Shown one piece after another: positions 12,361 through 27,338 of a stretch of DNA of 64,000 bases (within the stretch, counting starts at the first letter, position 1; each line of letters starts with the position of its first letter). The translations under genes and the position numbers were made by a program. The notes beneath the pieces were generated by a model. That model was not told the DNA's origin, did no database searches, and saw only the letters and a program-made list of their open reading frames with translations. Origin of the DNA: Lingula anatina (taxonomy: Eukaryota > Animalia > Brachiopoda); contig CM120647.1 of the NCBI GenBank assembly GCA_051362555.1, positions 12,810,651 through 12,874,650 of the forward strand, written 5' to 3'.

Positions 12361-15300
12361 TTACGTTCGCAGTCTCGATCTGTTTCCACGCCTCTGAAAT
12401 AGATAAATCCTTGTTTTAGTGGAAACCAGACTCGATCATCTGCATGCGAACTCGCATTCGTCTTTCTACGTACATCTCATAAATAGAAATTCCGCATATG
12501 TCCACTCTGGCCGCTAGTAGAATGTTGCAAAAATATTGTATTGCCTATACTTTAATTTTGTATACTCTTTTTAAGGCCCCAGTCAGGCGCGTAGCAGGGG
12601 GCTTTTTTCGAACCCTCTTTTTGCCGAAAAAAGTTCCCTCCGGGTAAAATTTTATCTAGCTGCACGAAGGTTTCATGGTAAAAGGTCCACTTAGTTCAGA
12701 AAAAGAATCCCTTTTGAAATTGCTGGCTACGAGCCTGCCCCTGATACATGTATCATATATCAGGAGTATACCTGGTATGGTGTGTCAGCTCACCCCTGAG
12801 TTTCAGAGTTTGAGAACCTTACTTCTACAGGCATGCTGACAATGCAGGTGCGTTTTCAGGAATATCTGAAACTCTGGGTGTTACCATATATGCATCGTTG
12901 AAATAAAATTCCTACCTCGTTCGGTAAAATGGGCACGCAAAGACCCCGCCATTTCTTCCCTGTCCCGACCTCGTACCCTGGTGGACACTCACAGGAGTAG
13001 CCGCCATCTTGGTTTGCCAGGCAGTCAAAGATCAAGGGGCACGGAGTGCTCACACAGGGATCAATGCCGGCTACAAACCAAAAAAACACGTAAATGATTT
13101 GACCAACTGAAACATGGTGTAGATATACTCGTATATATTCCAGGCCTTTTAAACGAAAATTGCGGTTTGCAATCACGAGCCTCAGATTTGTGAGCACAAA
13201 CCCCCAAATAATCGCCTCGAACCGCGAATTCATGGATTGAACTTAAAATTGGAGGCAACGTATATGTAGCCTATATCAGGCCCAATACACGCAACTCATG
13301 ATTGGCTTTGTCAAGCATGGCATATCTTCGAATTCGAGCAATTGTTTATTTGTATTTTTACGATATACTTCCACATTAAAGACAGTAGGCCTAAGATTAA
13401 TGAACTCAACTCACGTGCGCACCACGTGAATCCGTCTCCATAATACCCATGGCGACATCTACAGGTGAAAGACCCCAGAGTGTTTTGGCAAAAAGCCAAG
13501 GGATGGCACGTCGTCTGGTTGAGTCTGCATTCATCCATATCTGGAATAAAATAATGGAATATGTCAGTTTCCTTATTTCTATTGTTAAATTATTTTCTTT
13601 CTCTCTTTTTTTCTTTTTAATGTATATTTAATACATATATATATATATTTTTTTTTTTTGGGGGGGGGGGGGGTGAGGAGGTGCAATTTCTGGTTTATAT
13701 CCCTAAACCGAAAAGCATACGTTTTGCAGTCGGACAACGGCGCGAATACATGTGTGTTTTTCATACCAATTGTTATCTTCACATTCCTCTAAATAATTTA
13801 AAAGTAAAATGTGGGAGAGGGGGTATAAAGTGCCTACCTGTGCAATTCCTTCCATCTCCATTGAAACCGTCTCTACAGCGGCAGTAATATGAACCCCACG
13901 TGTTGATGCATTCACCAAATACTGAACAGGGAAACGGCTGAGTGTGGCATTCATTGGCATCTGTATTGAGAGATAATAGCCAATTAAAATGTTCATCTGT
14001 GGGTGTGGGTGTTATTGAATCACAACAAGTTTAGAAGGTTTTTTTTAATTAACGTATTTTATAAGCATGCCTTTGGGAGCTGCTTAAGCCATACTGATAA
14101 TGGAGCAGAGTTTCCGAAAATTCCAAAACCCGGGTTTAAATTAAAAATATGAAGGATTACGTTTGTCAAAAAAATACGTATATTTTATATTGAGGAAAGC
14201 ACTAAAAGCACAAAAAAAAAATAATAATAATAAATATTCATTTCTCTCCTAAACAATTGACCGCTGTTCCGATGTGTTTAAATTAAAAGAATGTTACGTG
14301 GTGGCACTTACCCATAGCAAAGCAACTGCTTCATTATATATTCTGTCAAACATTGAGTATATAATATTTGTGGTGAGATGCCTTAAAACCGTCACACATT
14401 TTATGAATACATACCTACGCAGAAGTCCTCAAAGTCTCCCTTTCCAAAGTGGTAACCAGGAGCGCATGCGCACTGAGCAACACCGGTGGGTGTAAGAAGA
14501 CAAATCTGATTAAAACGACACGATATGTCCTTGCAGCCATCTGAAATAATAAATATAAAGATATAATACTTCTTCATGATAATTTTGTCGTTTCATGTAG
14601 TTATTTGTTAAAAAATGTATACGGTTTATTTCTTTCTTTCTTTCGTTCTTTATTTATTTATCTATTTACTTTGTGAAGGGGGAGGCCAACAAAGTCAACT
14701 GATGGCGATTTTGACACCTTCTTGCTGATAGAAAGGATTTCATAATAAAACCCCGCGTATGTAGGGCCTATATACTAGTGTATATATGACACACACGTGA
14801 ATCATTTTCAAAGTACAATAGAATAACAGCATAACAGAATGGAGTCTTACAAGAATGCCCTAACTGGTATAGTACCTTACCCACACAAACTGTGCCGTTT
14901 CCCTGGAACGGTTCTCGACAGGTACAGGTGTAGCCCCCCTCGGTGTTAAGGCAGTCGGCGTTGACGTCACAATTAGCGGTCCCAGCAATGCACTCATTCA
15001 CATCTACAATAGAAAAAAAAATATTTTCTGTTATTCTTCTTCTAGCGATACAACTTAGAGATAGAAAGTGCATTTGGAGTGAAGCTGACATTGGACATAA
15101 AAAAGGAAAATCATATACTGGTATCTCACACCCCTCTCCGAAAATTCGTTCATTTGGCATCAATCGTCTTTTGTTAGATGGTCCTACATAACAGGGGCGG
15201 ATCCAAACATATTTTCTGACAGGCTTCCAAATTATCTTTATTGATCCATCCTCCATTTTTGACCATCATCCGACAGGAAAAATTAAATACCCGTCAATGT

Positions 15301-16767
15301 AAACTTGAAAATCTGACCGTTTTCCAGAAGACCCAGAAGACGGCCTAAATTCGCTCCTGCATAATATCTGTAGCGTTTGTCCCAGTCCAATCGCAACATT
15401 GTTTACTTTTAAGAACGTTCTTACTGAAACTACAAGTATTTGTCTGAAGACGTAAGGTGAGATCGTTTCAGGTTTAAATGGAGAATAAATAAAGAACAGG
15501 CATAAAAATTTAAAATCTCGATCTCGTTAACAGGCCTGGTTAATCGAAGTTATCACCTGTGCAGTTGATTCCGTCCCCAGCATAATATGGTTCACAGCGA
15601 CAGTTGAACGAGCCCCGAGTGTTAGTACATGTAGAATGTGTCCCACAGTTGTGTATTCCGCTAGCGCATTCATCTATGTCTTTCATAGAGGTAGGACAGA
15701 AAAACACTGCGGTTAAAACCTACATTGGTTAAATATCCAGGTATAGTTAGACATTGTCACTCTCTGCTAACTTTTAGTCCCTCCAGTGTACAGTGGTATT
15801 ACTGTTATAACTGTTCTTCACCAAACAGAACTGGATAGATGAGAGAGAAACAGAAGAGAGAGAGAGAAGATATATAATCAGTTGAGTATTTCTGCCGCCT
15901 TTTTATCAAATAAGCATGAAACGTATTTGAAAAAAGAGCCATTATTCAACACGTTTTGTAAAAATATATGAAAAGTATTTCAGATACCTTCACACATTAC
16001 CCCATTTCCACTAAACCCCGTGCTGCATGAACAGTTGAACCCGCCGTAAAAGTCGGTGCACGTGGCGTCTTCGGAACAGTTATGAGAACCATCGGCACAT
16101 TCGTTGACTTCTTCATTGACATGCGACAGATAGTAACATTTTGGCAAATCATGACAGGATGTATCCAATCACGCTAATTTTAAAACATATACCACGATAT
16201 CAAAATAAGGTGCAAATTATAGTAATAAATAAACATAGTGATAATAATGATAATAATAATAATAATAATAGTGATAGGCCTAATACTCGTTCATGGTCTT
16301 ACACGTATACATATTGATACCGCATTTAACATTACGATATCTAAATCAGACACTCAGCTAAAGATTCGTTGTTATTTACATAAAGTAACATGGATATACC
16401 ACAGTGAGATCTTTTTGAAATATAGACTTTTTTCGAGATATGTAAATGTTAAACCTCTACAAAAGCGTCCGTTCCCTGTGAATCCTTCCCGGCAAACACA
16501 GCGATAACTTCCGGCGGTGTTTTGGCACACGGCCAAGTCGTGGCACCTTGGATTTCCCGTCATGCATTCGTTTATATCTGTAACATGTTGGACAATTATG
16601 GATGCCACATTAATATTGATATGTTTGGAAATGTTTGTTACATTCTGGCCGACACATACAGTGTACTTTGCCTCTTGAAATTATCACCTGACAACTGTGT
16701 ATTAACTTGAAAGAATAGTCTTTAAACTAAAATAATGATAACTCTTTTCCCGTTATCAAAATCTACA

Positions 16768-16803
<36 letters not shown>

Positions 16804-19800
16804 GAGTGTGGTACACAAGCTTTACCTGTACAATTAATACCATCCCCAAAGAACCCCTCATCACAGGAGCAGGTGTAGGAACCGATGGTGTTGAAGCACC
16901 TAGCACGTGGGGAGCACCTCCAGGCACCGCCCGTACACTCGTCTATATCTGGAACGGTGACGCCGTGTTACATGTTAGAAAAAATCCTTACTAATTGTAA
17001 AAACTCAGGGGAAGGGGGCATTTAAAGCTTTATTTTTAAAATGCTCTATCATAAAATTTGAATACACATAATACTGTGCATACAATAATCCGTACAAAAT
17101 TATTCGAGACGACTTGAAAACCCCTTTTTACGGCACTTTGAAATTATCGGCATACATTTTTTTTCAACTAGAAGTACGTGTAATGAATGTGTACTGTTGA
17201 TAGAATAAACATTAAATATTCTCACTCTTTTATCAATTGTATCATCGTTGTTTTTGCACATATCTAACCGAGTGGACATACATGACGTCACATACCTTCA
17301 CAAACGTCACCTTTGCCAATAAAACCATCGTTGCACGTGCACGAATAGGAACCCGCCACGTTAAGACAAAACGCGTTGACGTCACAGTCATTGGATTTTT
17401 GGGGAGGCATCGTTGCATTGCACTCATCCACATCTGGGTTAAACCGGGTGAAAAAATATTAGCTACGAATTTTTATTACAATATAGTAGTGGCTAACAAA
17501 AATCGCGTATGAATATTATGCTAAAGAGCTTAGCATTATTCGTACACTATGGTTCTGGGGACTTTCCTTATTTGTAGGTAGAAAGCCATAGTAGTTTAGG
17601 GTTTATCATTTAATTTTTACCAAGTTTCTTTTGTACTGCTTTGCAGTGAGGAGGGAATGCAAATAAGAGCGGTATTAAATTTAAAACAAGCAATAAATTG
17701 CCCTTACACTGCTAAGAGTTTTAAACTACTTTAATTAAAGCACGGGACGTACAGACTGCCGTCGATATCGATGACGCGAGATAATCCCGCCTAACGAGTT
17801 ATTTCTGGTTTCTCTTTTGCCTTATTTCCTCTACCTTCCATGGATTATTTATGTATATGTTTGTTTATTCCCTCATATCGACTCACCGTCACATAGTGTC
17901 CCGTTTCCAGTGTATCCCTCCAGGCAGGTACAGGTGACTGTCCCGTTTTCCACCAGGCAGATGGCGTTTTTATCACAGGTGTTGTTTGAAGGCTCGCACA
18001 TGCCTTCCTGGCGTACTAACAAAGGCGAGAATTTTGTGATTATGGCAAACTGATCCGAAATTATACGAATTAATAGGAGAACATACAATTTCGTGATCTA
18101 GTTTATCGAAGTTAATATTTTTATCAATCGATACAGTGTATATGAGGAAAACACGACACACATTAGTTGAATAGCGCTTTGCTGGTAAAAAGGTCACTTT
18201 ATTATTATTTTTTAAATTTTCGGAATTTATTTAGGCCTGTTTGTAAAAGGACAACTGCCTGATATGGAACAGGCCTTTCTCTATCCACTGAGTATTAGTA
18301 GTAGTCCATACTTACCATGGCACACATACCCGTTACCCACAAACCCGTCTTCACACTGACATGTATAGGACCCGGGGAGGTTATGACAGACAGCATGGGG
18401 GTCGCACCTGCTGTACACGCACTCGTCTATATCTGTGAATAGGGAAATATGGCGGATAAGGAAAATAAGCATAAGTATGGATTTCATAAATATACCAACT
18501 GTTTATAGATACATGATTCTGTCACCAAATAACACTCAGTGGATGCATGGGAAAGAAACTGTTAGAAGCAAACAATGGCAGGAAGATCGTGACAGAGCAT
18601 ACGGTTTTCGTTTTTCTTGAAGTTGTAACAAATCTCCTTTCATCACAGAGGCATGCCCTATCCATAACTGCTTTACTAATAGACCTACGGTATCCACTTC
18701 CGTACCTGCGCACGACGAAGTGTTCCATCCATATCCGGTGGGACAGCGGCACGTGTACGACCCCACTGTGTTCACACACCTCCCCACGCCACAGATCCCT
18801 GTAGACCCGCACTCATTGACATCTGTTTTAATATTGAATGATTAAAATACTACAGTGGGCTGTACAAAACCGAAGTTATTAAATTGGGGCCATACAGGGT
18901 AATCATAATTGAAACAACAGTGTCTTACAAATTTTAAAAGACGGATTTCATTTTAAATTAAGTCATATCAGAGGAAGATAATTTTTTATTTTGTAAAACG
19001 ATTATTTAAACAGCGTGTTCTCTTTTCAACTGAATGAATGCAGACAGAATACATGACACTAACGTACCCATATTGTAATACAGATGTTATAGAGTTAGAT
19101 TATTCAACCTTGTTCCCTGGAGTATGCAAATCTTTAATCAAACTCAAAACGGTCTTTAGCCCCACCGCCATATTGCAAAATCAAACCAACCATTAGATTT
19201 ATTTTGAAAACCTAAACTATGTATTACTGGACACATTCAACAATTGCCATCACAACCCCCGCCGTTACTTCATATTACTGGTTACATCAAATACATGACA
19301 ATATATAAAGTTTACCGTCACAGGTTCTACCACTTCCAGTGAACCCAGCGAAACAGGAACACTTGAAGGAGCCATCGGTGTTGACACACCTGGCATTGGG
19401 GTGACAGTCGTGACTTCCATCTTGACACTCGTTAACGTCTGAAATACATGTACTGGTACATACAGGGTAACGGAGAAGTTCGTCACTCATGTCAGTCTGA
19501 CATGTGACCACATCTTTCATGTGTCATGTCAAATTAGGCATATGTTCGTCTGACAAAATAACAATCTCTGGCCATTAACAAGAATGAAAAGTAGTAATTC
19601 AGTTTGCTGAGTAAAGTTTTTTTTTACGATTTATGCAAATTATATTAATGAGTCAAGATATAATTGTAATTATCCTGGGAAATTATTTTGAACGGCATTT
19701 CGCTTGATTTGGCAGTTGGCGGAGTATCTGCAGAATAGCCGAAGGAGACGATCCAAATGCGTAGCCTACACATTTGGGAAGGAAATGAGTACGTTTTTCT

Positions 19801-20970
19801 CTATACATAATCCTCCACTGATTTTTTTAAATCAATTAAATGATCTTGACAATTAAGAACAAAGGTCGTGGTGATAGCTTCATTTAGATTTGTCACGCGC
19901 TGCATTTTTGACCAAAATAGCTATAAAAACGAGAATTTTCATCAGTAAAAGGTAATTTGCATAAACAAATCACATTTCTCGAACTCATTACCTTGACAAA
20001 ACGTGATCCCGTCCCCATGGTAACCCGCTTGACATGCGCACTCCCAACCTTTCAGCGTTGGATGAAACTGTTTTATAATGTTCTTGCACACCCCTCTGGA
20101 ATGAGTGCAGTTGTGCAGTCCGAGGGCGCATTCATTGGTGTCTGGAGACGTTTTTGAATGCAAATGTAAATAAACAGATAAATAAAATTAATGAGTAATA
20201 GATATATACGTTTCTCACCTTACTTGAAAATTGAAATCGAATGTAATTGGATTTTAGGAAGTAGTAGTCCAGTAGTCCGTAGGACTAGGACACTGATTGA
20301 GATAACGTTTTTATTCTGTTTGTGCTGAATGTGTTTGAAATTATATAAATGATGTAAATACTGGTTGGCCTACCTGTGCTAAAAGTTGAAAAGAAAATAA
20401 TTTAAAAATGGCAATTCGTCGACCATTTCCCATAAAGGAAAGTAGCAATTCTTATTGCAATGTTTTCACTAACAAGAAAGAAGTATAAGGAGACGGGTAC
20501 TGACCTTCTACGAACTCCAGCCGAAAACCTTCCCGTTTGCCTCTACTTCCTCTGTATAGCACAAGTGCCTTGTTCTGAACTGACTCAAATTCCTGGATGT
20601 GGGGCTGCGAACCACAAAACCTGAAACAAAAAAATCAACACCGCTATATTTACGTGCAAAACCTTTGAATAGGCCCTACAACAAGGTGATGTCTAACATC
20701 AAACCTTCCGAACCTTCTTTACAATAATTGAGTTGAAACGCGTCTATTCATACATGTTCACGCTGTTCAATATCATAACGTTTCACTTGAACGCATACAT
20801 GTACCAGGTGTATGCCAAGATTTTGTTCTGAAGATGCCGTATTCAACTATAAACTTACCTGGTACACTGGTATCTACTAGACCTTGTATATCATGATAGA
20901 GTGATAACCACTTTCTATTCAGACGTGTTAAGAATTACAGGTACCGGATGGTCTACATCCTGGTACCAGA

Positions 20971-21044
<74 letters not shown>

Positions 21045-22409
21045 TTACCAACATTAAGTCTGACATCCAAAATAACGAGACTATAATACTATATTCAAAG
21101 TAAATGAGATATGTACATGAGACGTGTACATGAGCCTACCTTGCCCCAGTATAGGTCAGACCGTCAACACGGACCTCCACGAAGTCTTTACAAGCCCAGT
21201 GGTTGTAGGTGGCCACTTGAAATGGGCCCTTGAAACGGAACCCCAAGACACTCCCTGTGCTCTTCTGAAACAATACGAAAAATACATGCACTGTACTCAA
21301 TCTTTGTGCAAAGAATATTATTACTATTCGAATTGTGTCGGAAATTGAGGTAGCGTTTTGCTGCATTTTCCCTGGAAAATATAGTATGACGGTAGCTCTA
21401 TAGGCCTATAGTTGGGAGTGCCCCTTCCGCCTTCGGTATTTCGTTATTTCTTCCTATCCATACGCTTACAGTCTGTGTTAAGAAATTTATTTAATTTTTC
21501 ATTTATGGTCAATGTCACATCTGCAATAACGACAGTTGGATCGATTTACGTAGACCGATGGGAATGACCCCTCATAAACGCGTTGGGCGACAAATCTACA
21601 CTTAAACACGAATTAAGACCACCATACTGTTTTGATAATCCAGTTACACTCCGTCATGCCGTGTTCCCATTGCTCGTGGCTTGGAGACGATAGAATCTGG
21701 GCTTTATCGGTAGCTGTATATTCCCCATAACATCCACCAGAAGCTAAAGAAATGATAAAAATCTCAGAATAATTTCTCGTGTTTTATATACAGCAAGATA
21801 ATACAAATAAACCTGAAGATGGATCAGTTCAATTGACAGCAGATTAGAATTCAAGGATCGATATGGGATGATAATTCCGAGCGACAAAAAAAAAAAAAAA
21901 AAAAAAAAAAAACTCCTTCGGTTGCATGTTCCCCAGTAGTATAAGAATATTTTAGGATTGTGCAGAACCATAAAGATCGGATAAATATAAAAGTTATCTG
22001 ATTTCGAGAATATCAGGTTAAAAGTATAAAGCTTCTCCTTAATTAAGCAAGCGTAGCAAGCTTTAAAGATATAGCCATACTTAGTTTTACTTGCGTGCAA
22101 TCCCCTGCTAAGCCTTCTGGGCATTTACACTGACTGCAGGCATTGGGGTCTTGATAACCGTTATTTTTACAGACGGGAGCAGTTGTTCCTTTGCAAGAAC
22201 GAACTAGAACAAATGGGAAAAATAGTACGAATAAACTTTAAAGAGCCTTTCACATTTCCGCTCAAACCTCGCTTTTGTGATAAAATACATACGATATAAT
22301 ACAGTATAACAAGGTACAAGGAAAGATTAATACATTAAATGTATCATAAATCCAAGGTTGAATACATTATAGGCTTACGAGTTATGGTATTGGTGCTCGT
22401 CATTTTACT

Positions 22410-22456
<47 letters not shown>

Positions 22457-25400
22457 ATACCCACGCTCAAAATTAGCAAAAAACTATTTCAAAGAATGAA
22501 TTTTATAGGAACATAAGAGACGTGTATATACATGTACCTGTGCAGTTGTAGGCCAGGTTGGCCAGCAAGGTGTCCGCAAAGCTCAGTTTGGACTGCCACC
22601 CCATGGTGTACTGGTACAGAGGGTTCCGAGCCTCCACGGCGTACGCCTTAGGAGGAATGCCAGTCCGCGCGAAGAACTAGAACGGAATAGACTTTTATTT
22701 TTCTTAATTTTTTTTGTGAGGGGGGGGGGTGTTGTTTGAAGCGAAATAGGGGTGACAGCCAAGACACATGCCCTGAGATCCGCCGATTAACCCAGATTTA
22801 ACCCTTTATAGGGCCTTATGCTGCAATGTGGGTACGTTCTAAAAGCACGCTCAGCGATTGCCATGTGGCCACTATTTTCAATAGAAAAACAACTGTTTGT
22901 AAGGTTAATGTTGTTTTATGATACGCTGTATATTCAAATGCCGTAGTATCCCACCTCTTTATTTTAAAATTCTACAGGTTGTATATTACAGCTTACTGTT
23001 TTATGGTATTCTTCTGGAAGTGAAACACATCAAACCATAAATAATGTGCATTGGAAAGAAAACTGTCATCATTCCAAACATTTGCCGAATTTTTTATAGT
23101 TCATATTTCTTAAAATGACCGCCATGATGCGAATGCCACGTGCTCACCCGCATCCCATAATGCATTGCAGATCCCAAATCATATCTCACTCCTTTATTCA
23201 CGGAGTTGGACGTCTTTCGATAGTTGTAAAGGCCTAGAGGGTCTATGTAGTCCTCGTTTACTACGATGTAGTCCTCGCGGTCTGGTCGGGATTGTTCGTG
23301 GTAAAAACCAACAGCGTGTCCCACCTCGTGAGCAACAATACCTAACTGTAAGGTTTTGAGAACATTTGATTAATTGGTTTTTAAACCTTGCAGTTTGACC
23401 GTTTAAATCTTTGCATTGGCAAACAAAAACGAATGCGCCAATGCTTACTTACAAGCACGCACGCACGCACGTGAACTGTATACAAGACAAAAAACTTTGT
23501 TATTTTTAAGAAAAAATAATAAAGACCAAATTGTTGCAGCAATTATTATAAATTTTGTTATTTGAAATAAAGGTCGTACTGCATCTTCTTTAATCACAGA
23601 ATGATGAATACGCATATTGAGAGGTAGCATTACTCACTGCAAAACAGCCACGGTCAATACTGAGAAGCTGAGGACTCCTGTAACTGCCGATGTACGACCA
23701 ACATCTGAAATTAAAATATTTCTACATGTATAATTGCTAGGCAGTTACATGTACACTCATTATGAGAGGCCCTCCTAGCTGTTTTAGGTGTTATAAAATC
23801 TACTGTAACAGCAAGACGGATCCTTAACAGAGAGCAAGTGCTCTCTGTTAAGTTATAAGTACTTCCCATCCAACACTCTAAGATGAGCCTGGATTATTTC
23901 TGGGTAAAATGTGGGTTATGGTTAGGTTAAATATGGGTTTAGATTGGGTTAGATCTGGGTTTAGTCTGGTTAAATATGGGTTAATGCTCAGTAACATATG
24001 AGTGACAGTTACTCACCCTCCTCCCCTATGAAATAACAGGTGGTTTTCGGTGATCGTCTCCGAGTAATTGGTCTCTAGGAATCTAATACACGTGTTATCC
24101 TCCCAGTGCCTGAGTCCTTTCCGAATCTGCGCCTTCTCGGCTTCGTCTAAAATACAAAATGTCATAATAAAAACTAAAACCAAACAAAACAAATAGTAAA
24201 AAGAATTCAAGTTATTGATGCCATTAATAAGTACGTGTAAATATAAGGTTGTAGAGGTTGTACTGCTCAGTGGACTTACCATAATGCTCTGGTGTAAACT
24301 TGTACTTGATAGGCAACGACCAGTAATACTTGCTATATCGGTACATCTTTCTCTTTTTACGTTTGTCCAGACTATCTAAGAGTTCGGCAGCTTGCTGTGG
24401 CGTAAATGCTATGTCCCCTAACACGTTGTCTCTCACGGCTTGTTCACATATCTAGATCAATAGAAATAAAAGTCTGGATATAGAAAACAGTTATGTAGAT
24501 ATAGAAAATTGATGCCTTAAACCGGAGAAGTATTAATATCAAACTAAATGACGTCACGGACGATGCGTTTGATCAAAGTTATCACTATTTCAAAATTATT
24601 CTGAAACCCCTCTTGTGTAGAAAAAAGCTCCACTTACTATATGATATGATATCTAAATGAAACTTTAAGTCTATTACTGGATGTTCGGTACAATTCAGTC
24701 TTATTGACGACGTTGCTTCTCCCTTACCTCTAAGGCTCTATTCCCATAGATTTTAGATCGATCTATCCCCGCGGGGAGTCTCACTAGATTACTTTCAGAT
24801 AATCCGACTTAAATGTCCGTCCTGCCTACTACAAGCTGTAAGGGGGAAATTAACTTTCGTGTCCGCCCGGCTGACAGCTATTTAGCGTGAACCCCCAGGG
24901 AGTTAGGTCGATCTAAAGTAGGTCGATCTAATCTATGGAAATGGGGTGTAATAGTAGGCCTGCCAATATGTCCAGTTATAGATATTTAAATTTTATGTAA
25001 ATAACTACCGGATGGCTAAACCACATGGTAATAGGTTGAAAGGCAATTAGTAAAAGACATAAAGACCTAACCTCTTCCAGATTCCTAGAATCTTTCTCTT
25101 TGGTGATCCGTCTGCAAACTTGCTTCAGAATTTCTGTCGTCTTCTCCATTTCTCCCGTGGACAGACCTCTCAAAGACAGGAAGTCTTGGAGGTGTGACGT
25201 CACCGTGACGTCATCCGCAGAGAGCGAGGAGTCATCGTCTGCTGGAGACGGGTCTGGTTTAGACTGCGGTCCATCTGTCCCTTTGAGTGTCTGGGTTGCG
25301 GGGAAATTGTGTTATATACAGTCGTTGAAGTGACGGGTTATTGTGGAGAGAGAGAGAGAATAGGCCTACACACAGCAGCAATTTAGAAGCAGTGAAATAC

Positions 25401-26135
25401 CTTTTTTTTAAATCTTTTACTGGTTCACTGAGGAATAAATTGATATATAGCTCAGGGTTTGAACTTGCACTGGCATGTTCAGAGATTTTTGAATATGATA
25501 AAATGAATATATAATTAGTCCAGATATATAGTCCATACGACATAATCATCGCATGTTTTAATTTTTAGTTTTAATTTTTTTTTCAGGTAAACAGTAGTGA
25601 TTTTATGTCCAAGAAGTATGGCAAAAATCTCCACCTGCTAGTTATCGTTAAATGAAATACTTGTTCCGCTATTGGAACATGCATGTGCAAGCTCAAACTT
25701 AGAGGATGTATTTATGGACGTTCACAATTCTATTAAGTGTATTGTAGCAATATACGGTTAACTTAAAACCGACTTACCGTGTCAGTTACTTCGTCTGACT
25801 TTTCACTTGACTCAGGGACAGGTAGACCCTGGGGCAATGACATTAGATAAATTACCCACATGATTCCAAGGTGAGCATTGTGAATATCATGATCTATATT
25901 GTTAAACTTTATCTTATCTAAGAGAGAGAGAGAAAGAGAGAGAGAGAGCGGCATCATTCGAGAGAGAAAAAAAGTGATACGATGAGAGAGAAAGAGAGAG
26001 AGAGAGAGAGAAAGTAATATTAAAAGAGTAACAATTAAGTCTTACCATGCTTGCTGCAAAAACAAACCGTACTGGACTTCCAAGAAAAACCAAAATCGTC
26101 CAAGCAAAAAGTCGACATATTTGGCATGCACCCAT
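12361..26135 (-). CDS. Secreted astacin (M12A) zinc metalloprotease: signal peptide, prodomain, astacin, EGF, CUB, 15 EGF (12 calcium-binding type); 27 coding exons
   Basis: In-frame exons (-): 26046-26135 (signal), 25778-25828, 25072-25290, 24280-24451 (GDIAFT..., RKKR), 24017-24146, 23638-23704 (GCWSYIG), 23148-23345 ([18 protein letters not shown]; SAMHY Met-turn), 22538-22676, 22081-22203 (EGF), CUB 21628-21743/21140-21264/20505-20620, EGF exons 19992-20141, 19316-19438, 18706-18822, 18316-18432, 17887-18015, 17296-17433, 16826-16948, 16455-16577, 15988-16110, 15557-15679, 14881-15003, 14415-14540, 13838-13960, 13415-13540, 12916-13070, last exon 12361-12393 ([10 protein letters not shown]). 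Confidence 0.9.
12584..12737. mobile_element. Small TIR element (CAGG termini)
   Basis: CAGGCGCGTAGCAG ... CTGGCTACGAGCCTG inverted ends; target duplication imperfect. Confidence 0.6.
15192..15359. mobile_element. Small TIR element (CAGGGGCGGATC type)
   Basis: CAGGGGCGGATCCA ... AAATTCGCTCCTG; CATAA on both flanks. Confidence 0.5.
20973..21042. repeat. (AT)n microsatellite
   Basis: ~70 bp pure AT dinucleotide run. Confidence 0.95.
24734..24948. mobile_element. Palindromic MITE family 1
   Basis: TAA|GGCTCTATTCCCATAGA...TCTATGGAAATGGGGTG|TAA; reverse-complement similarity to 33624-33838. Confidence 0.75.
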
Positions 26136-27282
26136 CTCTTCCCACGGTTACGTATATAACCCAAACAATGTCTTTTCTGGCTTGTGACGCCAGTTAAATC
26201 GAGGCTTTTCCTGAGCTCAGTTAGTGATATGTATACACTTAGAAGTATTGTTCTGTATTACGACTATCACTTGGCTGGCGCGACTCCTGAATACGAAAAT
26301 AAAAACCCAATCTTATCAGAAAGTCTACAATATCCTGTTAATGCAGTTTTCCTTATATCAACCACCTTTGTGGAGTTAGATAAATATCAGATATGCGAAG
26401 AAGGCTTTGTGTTCTCCACGTGGTAGTGAAAAAATGGGATGGACATAAAACTGTTTTCTCAGTACTTTTTCACATGAATACAATTCTGTCCCCGATTTTG
26501 CTTTAATACATTCCCCGTCTGTTATCTGATATACATCTTGGTCACCTTATACTCGACGGCACCTGCCAAACGTATTCTATCTCCTGCATTTGCTGGAATT
26601 CTTAGTGTCAATGACTAATAACCAATTTACATTCAGGTAGATAACTTTGTTTCTGTAAATCGACAAAACAGCACTCGATATTCATATTGTATGCGTAAAT
26701 TAAAACAGGTTGCAAAGATCTCAACGTTTTTTTAAATACAGGTGCGCCGTAAATTTAAAGGAGCGAATTACTGGCACAAAATTAATATGAAATCCGGAGC
26801 AGGATTTTGATAACGCCCTCGATACATTCCCATGAAGCCGGGCTTGCGACCTCTCTTTAATAACCAGTTTTCCCTTAAAGTAAAACTTTCATTCAGAAAG
26901 CTGTGCTCTTTAAAGATCTCCAGGTCATTTTTTTTCATATGTTTGTCATCCTTTTAGTTCATTACATCTCTCAACATAGAAGTCACCAGGCGTGATATTG
27001 TATTTCATTTTTCGTATTGATCTAAGAAAATCTGAATATTTCAAACTTGACGTACCAGTATTCTAAAGTCATAAACAGTTATCAATCCCACTTTTAAGGA
27101 AAAAAAAACGCTCCTGTATATGGTGCCTTTCGATCCTAGTTAATTTCTTTTATCAAGCATTGATATTTAAAGCACCGCGAGGACAGACAAAATAGTTGAT
27201 CAACAAACGGCGACTATTTTATTTGTAAGAAGGCGAAATTTATTTTTTTTAACTTACTAACATAGCAGCTTAATAATAAGAT

Positions 27283-27338
<56 letters not shown>

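Noticed and set aside
20859-20970. Possible extra astacin-gene exon with a strong minus-strand donor
   Set aside because: Stops in all three frames, and the flanking CUB exons already join in frame (GAR|FCG).
23905-23985. GGGTTA-like telomeric repeats
   Set aside because: Short, irregular low-complexity tract; no true (TTAGGG)n array.
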